A stretch of DNA of 52,888 nucleotides from an uncultured Nitrososphaeraceae archaeon (GTDB taxonomy: Archaea; Thermoproteota; Nitrososphaeria; Nitrososphaerales; Nitrososphaeraceae), in assembly GCA_963825865.1 (NCBI GenBank), contig CAWGVG010000054.1:1-52888 (forward strand), given 5' to 3'. The position numbers were made by a program, and so were the translations under genes. Below are positions 43,970 to 52,888 of this stretch, piece by piece. Position 1 is the stretch's first letter. The number at the start of each line of letters is the position of its first letter. A model generated the notes under the pieces. It was given only the letters and a program-made list of their open reading frames with translations. It was not told the origin of the DNA and ran no database searches.

Positions 43970-44869
43970 AGGCCCAATTATACCGAATATAGGGGAATCA
44001 ATAGACAAGCACCTAATTTCTTGTTCATTGATCTAGATAGATCTGTTTTTGAATCAGAAAAAGCACTTAACACTGCTTTTAATAAAACTCGGAGAAACCT
44101 CTCCAATATTTTGGGCGCCAATGGTCCTACCGTTCTTTGGTCTGGCAATGGTTATCATATCTATCAACCATTGGAAGCATTTCCATTAGAACAGGAAGAA
44201 TTATTCGCGAGTAAAACTGTCGAACCGTCCAAAGAATTCTTACAATTTGCCGAGCAACATCTAACAAATTACAAATCAGATCCATCACATCACCCATCAT
44301 TCAAATCATGTATGATAAGAATACCTGGCTCCCATAACTTCAAGCTTGTTCAGAAAAAAAATAACGGCGGTATTGCGGATTCATCAACTGAAGTAAAAAT
44401 AAAGCAAAGATGGGATGGCATCAGGCCCAAGTTTAACCCATTGTTATATCATTTCAATATATGGCTTGCAGATAAAAAAATTAAGGAGATAAACGAGTCC
44501 AGTAAAAGAACAAAATACGATCATCATAAATACAATGTAACATCAATCAAAAAAGAAATAAAGTGGATAGAAACTTTACTGCGGACACCAATAGATGATT
44601 ATAGAAAGAATGCGTTATGGCGTATTTTGGCACCCTATCTGATTAACATAAAGAACCTAACTTATGAGGAGTCATATAATATAATAAAGGAATGGCTGGA
44701 CAAATGCAGTTCTATGAAACCTTTAGATTTTAGTTATAGTTACTACATAAAATATAACCTTAATAGTGCAACAAAAGTTGGATACTTACCTATGAAATTT
44801 GATGGTTTAAAGGCCGAAAATACCAAGTTGTATAATATTATGAAGGATAAAATTTCTGATAGAACTTAA
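43970..44869 (+). CDS. Archaeo-eukaryotic primase domain fused to PriX-like domain, N-terminally truncated
   Basis: FIDLD (motif A), SGNGYH (B), D..RIPGS (C); C-terminal WIETLLRTPIDDYRK..LWRILAPYLINIK..IIKEWLDKC. Confidence 0.85.
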   Translation, partial: RPNYTEYRGINRQAPNFLFIDLDRSVFESEKALNTAFNKTRRNLSNILGANGPTVLWSGNGYHIYQPLEAFPLEQEELFASKTVEPSKEFLQFAEQHLTNYKSDPSHHPSFKSCMIRIPGSHNFKLVQKKNNGGIADSSTEVKIKQRWDGIRPKFNPLLYHFNIWLADKKIKEINESSKRTKYDHHKYNVTSIKKEIKWIETLLRTPIDDYRKNALWRILAPYLINIKNLTYEESYNIIKEWLDKCSSMKPLDFSYSYYIKYNLNSATKVGYLPMKFDGLKAENTKLYNIMKDKISDRT

Positions 44870-44938
44870 TTAGTGAGTGAGTCGGACTCCTCCAAGGTAA
44901 TTTGATATAGATAGATTTTCCTTTAATTAATGTAATAG

Positions 44939-46009
44939 ATGGTAGGCGATAAAAGGGTTAGCCGTGAGATCCATTTAAAGCAACGTCCAGTAGGAATGCC
45001 TACTGAAAACGACTTTGAGCTTGTTAAAGTAAATGTTCCAGACCCAAAGGAAGGTGAATTCTTGGTACGTAACATATGGATGTCTGTAGATCCCTATATG
45101 CGCTGACGTATGAGAGAAACTAAAAGCTACATACCTTCATTTCAACTAGGAAAACCTCTTGAAGGTGGATGTGTAGGCCAAATTACAGAATCAAAAAAGA
45201 ATAATCAAATTAAAGTAGGTGAATATGTTTTAGGGAATTTTGGTTGGAGGGAATACTGGCTCTCTAATGGTAGTAATGGTGTTATGAAAATTGATCCAGA
45301 GATGGCACCAATCCAGTGGTATTTGGGAATCTTTGGTATGACAGGCCTTACGGCATATGTTGGGCTTTTAAAAATTGGGGAACTAAAGGAGGCTAATAAT
45401 AACGATAATAATAATACTGCCATATTTGTCTCTGCAGCATCAGGAGCAGTAGGTTCTGTAGCGTGTCAGATAGCAAAGATCAAAGGTTGTCGAGTTGTGG
45501 GAAGTGCTGGTTCACAAGAAAAGGTAAAATGGCTACTTGATCAAGCAAGAATAGATTATGCTTTTAACTACAAAGAATTAGGAGAGAATAACAACAATAT
45601 CTCCTCTGAGCTAAGAAAATCTTGTCCTGATGGGATTGATATCTATTTTGATAATGTTGGAGGAGAACATTTGGAGGCAGCCATTGACAATATGAAAGTA
45701 TTTGGTAGAATTGTACTTTGCGGAATGATATCACAGTATAATGCTACTAGTATGCCAGCAGGACCTTCCAATCTCTTTTTAGCTATAACCAACAGACTGA
45801 AGCTTCAAGGATTTATTGTAAGAGATCATTATGATATACTAAATGAGTTTTACAGCAATATGTCCAAATGGGTTAGTGAAGGAAAGATAAAATGGCAGGA
45901 GACTGTGTTTGAAGGCTTAGAAAATGCACCTAAAGCTTTCTTAGCACTATTTAAAGGAGAAAACACGGGCAAAATGCTTGTTAAGATTGGACCTGATTCA
46001 GTTGTCTAA
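44939..46009 (+). CDS. NADP-dependent oxidoreductase (CurA/YncB/PGR-type MDR) with in-frame TGA at 45104
   Basis: SVDPYMR*RM, GMTGLTAYVGL, VSAASGAVGS, IYFDNVGG, GRIVLCGMISQYN, GENTGK. Confidence 0.9.
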
Positions 46010-47740
46010 CAATTGGGCGGAATTTCTATTTGTTATTTAATTTTGATTTATATACAAATCAATAAAACTGGCCCAGGGTTATTAGGATAGGTTATTCCTT
46101 GACAATTCAACAGGGCTAGAAAAATGAATAACTCTCAGGCCTACAAAATCAGAGTATGATTTTCTTTACATTATGAATTAACGTTAATCATTTGTTATCT
46201 CTTTCAATCTGGATACCTTATCTTTTAATAATGCCTCCGAAATGAGAGTTGTCATTCGGTCCTTGGCTTCCATGCAATCCGATAGCTCCTGATCCAGACT
46301 TAATTCCACCTGCTGCAACAGTTCCACCATTTTGACCTTCACATTTTGCTCCCCCGAACTTTAAGCTCCAGCAGCTGTATCTGCAGTTCCCTTTTTGGAA
46401 TTACAGTCTATTGTGCTCGTGTTTATACTATCTACTGCATTCGACACTTGGGCTATCGGTGTCATTGTTATGATCATAAAGATGAACGTTACAACCGCAA
46501 TTATGGTACCCGCAATTTTTGTATTCAATATTAAAAATTTATAATATCAGAGTTGAATATAAGGACTTGCTTTAATTACTCTTTTTCCCCTTTTACTTAT
46601 AGATCCAGATGAGGTTTGCTACCAATGAAGATATCATTTTGGCAGTATATGATATTTCTTAGGCTTGGCAATGGCTTGTAACCATTAAGTGCACGTTTTT
46701 TTTACACCCTATGGATACAAGGATAATAAAATCTATTGTATCACAAAAACAGGAATAGGACAATACACATGTTAGGGTGGATGAGGGTGACAATAGGTGT
46801 ATTTATGAAAGCATAAATAAGTTACAACCCAACCTCACCTATTGAGAAAGACATTATTAACAAATGCAATTTTAATAGTAATAATAACGTCACGCGCTTG
46901 GAGATCAATCATTTGACGCCAAAGCTGGATCAATTATGAATATGTTTAACTTTACAAATAGTCATTATACTAACAAGCTCTTTCTAGATCCTTTAACAGG
47001 GATAGAAAAATGAACGTAAGCCATAGGAAGCTTAAGTTTTACCCTTATTATAACATAATAAATATATCATTAAAATCTACATATTTCTTTTTTTATTGTA
47101 CTGCGATATCTTTACAATAGTATATTTTTGAAAATCAAGCAATTTTGTCCATAGTGTCCATAATAACTAGCTATAATCATCCCCGTAATAGATAGGCATT
47201 AAATTAATATTGTTTGTATAGATAGTAGTAAAGATAGCATATTATTATTATAAAATAGATTGTGGCATGCTACTATAGACACTGTGGACACTTTATCGAG
47301 ATAATGAAACACCTGGGCCAAAAGTACCTTCAAAATTGAATACAAGTTGAATGAGATAAGTTTGAAAAATGGCTCACTCAAGAGATATCTAAATTCACTA
47401 GCGACATAAATCCATAGCTATTAATTTAATGTCGGTTTGACCGCTAAATCAATTGTTCTTCAGCAAGCGATTCTTTAGTGGCATAGTATTCTTTCTCCAT
47501 ATTTTTGGTTGATTTTCTACTATTTTGTTTTCTATTCTTGTACCAGTCTAATCCATATAAGGCTACTAAGCCACCTGCTAAGATAGCAAAGCTAGCCAAA
47601 CATGCTGTTGCCATAACCTATAATACATCTTCATCGATTTTTACTTTACTATTTCAGATTTGATAGGATGGAAATCTAACAAGGAGATGGGTTGTAGTAT
47701 AATGAGCAATTCATGGTATTATGAGCTCAACTAAAATGTC

Positions 47741-47821
47741 ATGGTAACAGTTGGAAACAGATGATAACAGAGGTAACGAAGCGGTAGCAATGATAACAAA
47801 ATTGGTAACAAGTGGTAACAG
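47741..47821 (+). repeat. Helically phased G(G/A)TAACA array upstream of paralogue 2
   Basis: Eight units with AAC/AGC at 47746, 47756, 47766, 47775, 47786, 47795, 47807, 47817, abutting TTTAAG box. Confidence 0.85.
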
Positions 47822-47865
47822 CTTTAAGCTACTATTTGGATTATTAGGTATAGCAAAAAAGAAAG

Positions 47866-49009
47866 ATGTCAATGACCAGGCAAGAAAGAGAAAGGGCTGT
47901 TTTAGATCTTTATCATAAGCAACATAAAACTGTTCGCGAGATAGCAAAAGAGGCTAGAATTTCATTTAGGGATATAGGATCTATTTTAAACAAAACAGAT
48001 GAAGCTCAGAGAAAAGAACAAGAACAACAAGATATCGATGATAACGTTTCTGTTAAAAACCACCAGCAACAAGAACAGCAACAGCTATCTTTAGCTACAC
48101 AAGCTTACAAGCTATTTCTGAGGGTAAAAATCCAATTGAGGTAGCCATTGCATTAAACCTAAAAGAGTCAGAGATAACCAGATTTTACAAAGAGTATTGG
48201 AAGCTAAACCAAATGCATGATCTCAACACAGTATATGAAGAGCTTAAGGGCGATATCATACCTTTTGTCAAATTGTATAGGTCAGCTAAGATCTGCAGGT
48301 ATGAATGAAGAACATGTAGTGAACCTACTCAGAATTGCTAATAGTATTGACAATGACAGCAATAATAATCTACCAGCAGTAGAACACAGATACGAAGGGC
48401 TAAAACAAGAGGTAAATTCATTAGAAAATAAAAAAACTAAATTCAAATAGGACTCTGCAGGATTCAAAGAACCAAATACTAACTTTAAGGAAAACATCAG
48501 ACTCATGTAATTTAACTTGTAAAAAACAAGTAGAAAAGATAACCGACCTACAAACCAAAAAAATAGCACTAGAGGAGCTTGTAAAACGATTTGAAAACAA
48601 TAATGAGGAGTATTTGAAAATCAATCAGACTGTTAAATATAAGGTCAGTACCATTTTATCAGATGCAAAAGTGCTCTTAAGGTTGACTCTAGACTCTTTA
48701 ATTGAATCAATACGAAATGATCCAGAAAAATATAGTCCTTTAATTTATTACAATGACATGTCTTCAATAACAACAGTAGATTATCCTGCTTCCGATAATT
48801 ATGTAGGACAACAACAACAATACTTATCATCACAAGATCACTACTATATTGAATATTACACAGTCATGCTAGTACAGGAGGCTGAAAAACTTTACAATAA
48901 ACTAGTAAAAGAACTGACAAATAGAATTGTCTGTGACATGGCTTTTAACAACAACAATCGAACATCGTCATCATTATTATCATCCTCGACATTGAAAAGC
49001 AACTTGTAA
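47866..49009 (+). CDS. Double-HTH plus coiled-coil protein, paralogue 2 (several frameshifts)
   Basis: ERAVLDLYHKQHKTVREIAKEARISFRDI; QAYKLF..GKNPIEVAIALNL; SLIESIRNDPEKY. Confidence 0.8.
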
Positions 49010-49018
49010 AAAGACAAA
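48991..49018 (+). repeat. Direct repeat, partner at 52679-52706
   Basis: ATTGAAAAGCAACTTG exact, then (T/C)AA(A/T)AAGACAAA. Confidence 0.75.
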
Positions 49019-49168
49019 AAAGAATTAAAAGAGGGGTTGGTTAAAACGCTTGTTGGTAAATGATAGAGAGATGACGATTTCTTCAATGTCTTTTAATTGC
49101 ATCAAAAACTATTGTGTTTGCTTTATTAATAGCCAAGTTTAAATATAAATTTAATAATTAGAAAACAA

Positions 49169-49414
49169 TTGCCCAGATTCCTTGATGCCCATCCTTTGAA
49201 AGGAGTTACTGAGGATATGTTGAAGCAAATACAAATGTCACCTAAAGATGAATTTGGTGTAACACATGTGAATATTCTTTTCAATCCCGAAGCAGATAGA
49301 GTGTTTTGTATACTTGATGCTCCAGACAAAGATGCAGTTGACAAAAGTCATCAGAAACTAGGCATAAAATGTGAGTGGATTATGGAAGTTAAAGAAACAG
49401 CAGACTGGTGCTAA
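49169..49414 (+). CDS. DUF4242 (SCO4226-like nickel-binding) protein
   Basis: MPRFLDAH...VFCILDAPDKDAV..SH..LG...I.EV. Confidence 0.8.
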   Translation: MPRFLDAHPLKGVTEDMLKQIQMSPKDEFGVTHVNILFNPEADRVFCILDAPDKDAVDKSHQKLGIKCEWIMEVKETADWC

Positions 49415-49528
49415 ATAAGCTTGACTGTAACATACAGAAATAATAGCGATTGCTTTTATTATCGTCCATGATTACTATTCCGCGTCTATTTCTTACCCTT
49501 GGAGTAGTAGAGTTCATTCAACACAATG

Positions 49529-49900
49529 ATGGCAGAATAACGCCATCATTTCGCCAGCTATATGAGGAAACGATATCAGAACTAAGAACAGAGCTGCCAG
49601 GCAGCGCTTGTAGATTTAGGCCACAAGAGTGCATTTGACTTGCTGTTAAAGGAAGCATGGAATCCAGAGCAGGCTGCTATGGGTAATTTTGCGTTACCAA
49701 CGGTTAGTGACAAACTAAATGTTATGGCATCAATACACAATAGAAAGCTTATTGCAGTATTGGCAAAGGAATTGAAGGAAAGGGATATCGAGATTGAAGA
49801 ACTCAAGCAGGATATCACGTTCCTTCAAGATAAATTAAATGACCTTTACATGGAAATAAAGCACAAGGGAGACAAGCAACTACCCCAACAGCAACAGTAG
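49529..49900 (+). CDS. PolB2-associated small helical protein (arCOG07300-like), frameshifted
   Basis: (M)GRITPSFRQL N-terminus; directly upstream of polB2. Confidence 0.75.
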
Positions 49901-49931
49901 CAGCAACAATAGGAGCCACAGTATAATAACA

Positions 49932-52349
49932 ATGTCAACTTGCATTGGATGACTTTTTGATATTTCTATAGAATATAATCAAGCTGTCCTGTGGATAAAA
50001 TTACCGATAGACAAATCCTGAAACTAATAGACACTTACCAGCCAAGTTTCTACATATTACCCAGAAATCAATCTGATGGATTATATCTTTTTCAACTTTT
50101 ATCCCAACAATCTATAGTAGATAAAGTTAGATGGGAGGAGGACAAGCTCACAAATCTTTTTGATCATGATTGTACAACAAAAAAACAAAAACTAATTTGT
50201 GTTTACACCCAATCCACACAGTATTATGCATCCATTCTAAAAATACTAGAAAAAGACCAGCGAGTCAAGCAATTGTTCAATACAGATCTCTCGCACGTCC
50301 AACAATATTTGTTTACCAGATTGAGAATCGAACCCACAAGCAAAGTTAAAGTCGAGTATGATGGTACTAAATTACTCAGAATAAGCAAAATTGATGATGA
50401 ACAAGAGGTATCTCCACCGCCCTTTTCATTACTATATTTTGACGTTCAGACATTTTCAGGAAAATTTACTTTTGATGATCCGATTAGAATGATAAATGTC
50501 AGGTTTGAAGGTAACGGTGCAAAGGAGGAACATGTTTCATTCCAAAGCAATGCAGAAAACATCATCCTTCAGGATTTCTCTAATTACATGCTAACTAAAG
50601 ATCCAGACATTGTTGTTTGTACTGGCGAGTCTGAGAGTAAAATATTTCATTACCTATTCATACGATTAAAGGAACTTGGGCTTAACTTGCAACTTGGGAG
50701 AGAGGTTTCAGCAGACGATCTCATGAATTTAAAGCGCCCAGTGTCAGAGTGGATCAGAGGTAGAATTTGTCTTGAAAGCAGTGATGGTAGTGGTGGAATT
50801 AATAGACAACAACATTCAGTATTTGATAGTTTTGGGCTTGCAGGATTAATAGAAAGATCAAAGTTCGGTTTCGTTCCTTTGAGAATAGCTGCAAGATATG
50901 GTATAAACCGTCTAATAGATAGCAGAAATTGTTATGAATTAATCCAGAGAGGCTTTGCTATTTCAAAGAATAATCCTTCTGGTGGAAGCAAGAAAGCAGC
51001 AACAACAACCATGAACGCATTAGGACTTTGGAGGAATTGGTCTCAAGGGATAAGGGCGGTATGATATTTTCCCCGGAGGTAGGCCTGCATGAAAACGTGA
51101 TCGCACTAGATTATGACAGCGAATACGCAAATCTAATAGTGAATCATAACTTGAGCTATGAAACTGTTACCTTACAAGATGGAGGAGTAGTCCTACAACA
51201 ATTCAATGACAACAAAAAAGGCTTGTTGCCTACCGTTGTAGAGAAATTTCTCAAAAGACGGCTTTATTTTAAGAGACTATTAAAGGAATTTCCAAAAGAG
51301 AGCAAAGGATCTTTTTGGTGTCAGCAGCGTATTGATTCACTAAAGAACATACTAGTTTGTCTTTATGGTACAACGGGTTCTCTCTGGAACAGGTATGGCA
51401 ATGTGCTTGCTTTTGAGGAAATCAACAAAATATCTAGGGAAATATTGATAAAAACAAAGGATATTGTTCAGCAGTTAGGCTATGAGCTGGTATATGCAGA
51501 TACAGATTCTGTATTTATTAAAAGGAAAGAGTTCGCCGGTGCTGCTGGTACAACTATAGAAACAACAAGCGATTACCAACAAGTTGTAGATATATTGTCC
51601 AAAGAAACAGGCCTTTCAATCTCCATTGATTATAATTACAAGTTTTTGGTGTTATTACCTATTGAAGCTGATGAAAACATAGAGGCACTCAAGCATTACT
51701 ATGGCATCACCCAACAAGGGGAGTTAGTTGTTAGAGGCATAGAGATAAGGAGAAATGATATTCCAAACTTTATAAAACAATTTCAAACTGAATTGCTATA
51801 CGCGCTTTTTAATTGCAAGGATTCAGCTGAGGTAGAAAGTAAAGGATATGAAAATTGTCTTTTATTGGTTACCAAAGCAATAGATAAAATTGTGACAGGT
51901 GAAGAGATACACCAAGAAGATCTTGTAATCTCTGAATTACTTGGACAGGATATAGAAAGGTACAAGAGTTTATTTCCACATGTCTCTGCTGCCTATTCAA
52001 TTAAGCAATATTGAAGGCGGAGGTAAATGTCCGACAAAAGGCGACACTATCCAGTATATCTATACAGATTCACAACACAAAAATCCCCTTTGCAGAGTTG
52101 TACCATTAGAGATTTTACAAAAAGAGAAAGACGATAAGGAGAATGGTAAAACTCTGAACTATGACAAGGATAAGTACAAGAGAAATGATACTTGATGCCG
52201 CAGATACAGTTTTAGGAATTTTCGGCTTTAATAGGATTGTTTATGAAAATCCTAGGAATAATAGAAAGAAAAAAAAGAAATGGTATGATGAATTGCATGA
52301 AGAAAGAACAAAAGATATCCAGGCAGAGATGATGATGGAAAAACAATAA
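49932..52349 (+). CDS. polB2: Family B DNA polymerase, PolB2 group (frameshifts, one in-frame TGA)
   Basis: G*LFD N-terminus, KGGMIFSP, LDYDSEYANLI, KNILVCLYG, YADTDS, VRGIE.RR. Confidence 0.9.
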
Positions 52350-52678
52350 CACAATCCCTGTAGGCTCAGCAGAATCCCCCTACTCCTTATTCAGAAATAA
52401 AGTTCCTCTCGCCTACCCTACGAGATTTCTCTATGTACCTAGCAAGATATTTCGTAAGTCTTACCCTACTAGATATCCTGTTCGCACACAGATATTATAG
52501 TATACCTCTCCACACTTATTAATATTCAATAACAGTTTTCTGTAATCAATGTCGTTATTCAAATCTTAGATTCTAGGTATTAGATTTCTTTTGGGGCCTT
52601 TGAATTGAAAAAAGCAGATTTTGACATATAAGATAGACCAAAAATCATTACCTTGTATGTGGAGAGACATATCATGCA

Positions 52679-52706
52679 ATTGAAAAGCAACTTGCAATAA
52701 GACAAA
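52679..52706 (+). repeat. Direct repeat, partner at 48991-49018
   Basis: 26 of 28 bases identical to the partner. Confidence 0.75.
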
Positions 52707-52888
52707 GAAAAAGAACTAAGAAAAGGTGATAGTTAAAAGACCAACTTATCCTAGCAAGTTAGATTTAGAGGGAGAATAAGACTACATGGACAGGGAAAGA
52801 GATGGGAAATATAGATACCTTTAACAGCAAACAAAGTGATTATTGAATCGCAATCCAATTGTCATTTATATTGCATAAAACACTTTAA

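Noticed and set aside
45104-45106. Stop-codon recoding (TGA at Gly here, TGA at Trp in polB2, TAG at a probable Gln at 8295)
   Set aside because: Implied amino acids are inconsistent and TGA/TAG end many genes normally; point mutations or errors.
47741-47821. CRISPR array
   Set aside because: Units are ~10 bp with no spacers; no CRISPR repeats or cas genes seen anywhere in the window.
52350-52630. Winged-helix gene remnant on the minus strand
   Set aside because: Several stops and only vague similarity.
7110-52888. Mass pseudogenisation (frameshifts in aconitase, YeiH, DtxR, polB2 and others)
   Set aside because: Many indels sit in homopolymers and they also hit the bacterial part while motifs stay intact; better explained by long-read error.
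42500-52888. Casposon or provirus
   Set aside because: No Cas1, capsid, packaging ATPase or TIRs; the polymerase is PolB2-type, not protein-primed.

Overview
The window joins two unrelated DNAs. Positions 1-~7110 are GC-rich and bacterial: a TolC/CzcC-type gene, a small stress/membrane gene cluster, an IS5 remnant and a phage-like methylase-DUF5681-terminase module. Positions ~7110-52888 are AT-rich and look like a soil ammonia-oxidising archaeon (Nitrososphaeraceae-type genes, archaeal TATA promoters). Both genes at the junction are cut, so this is probably a chimera. Single-base indels break many genes, most likely long-read errors. The archaeal part is a sulfur/metal accessory region: YeiH-type transporter, Cys-rich four-helix proteins, aconitase, ComA-like protein, DtxR, rhodanese and a sulfonate-type ABC transporter, plus four ISL2-type IS copies and a 2.4 kb duplication. 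It ends in a mobile-element-like block (HTH/coiled-coil paralogues, AEP-PriX primase, PolB2 operon). Best candidates for undescribed biology: (1) a TGCA-N16-TGCA palindrome at a fixed 7 bp from the TATA box of about a dozen promoters, including most of the sulfur-related genes, with a degenerate ComA-winged-helix fusion as candidate regulator; (2) a transposase-less 1137 bp element with IS6-like ends and an 8 bp TSD carrying HicB/HicA-like genes; (3) helically phased AACA arrays in front of both HTH/coiled-coil paralogues. All family calls come from motif recognition by eye, not database searches.
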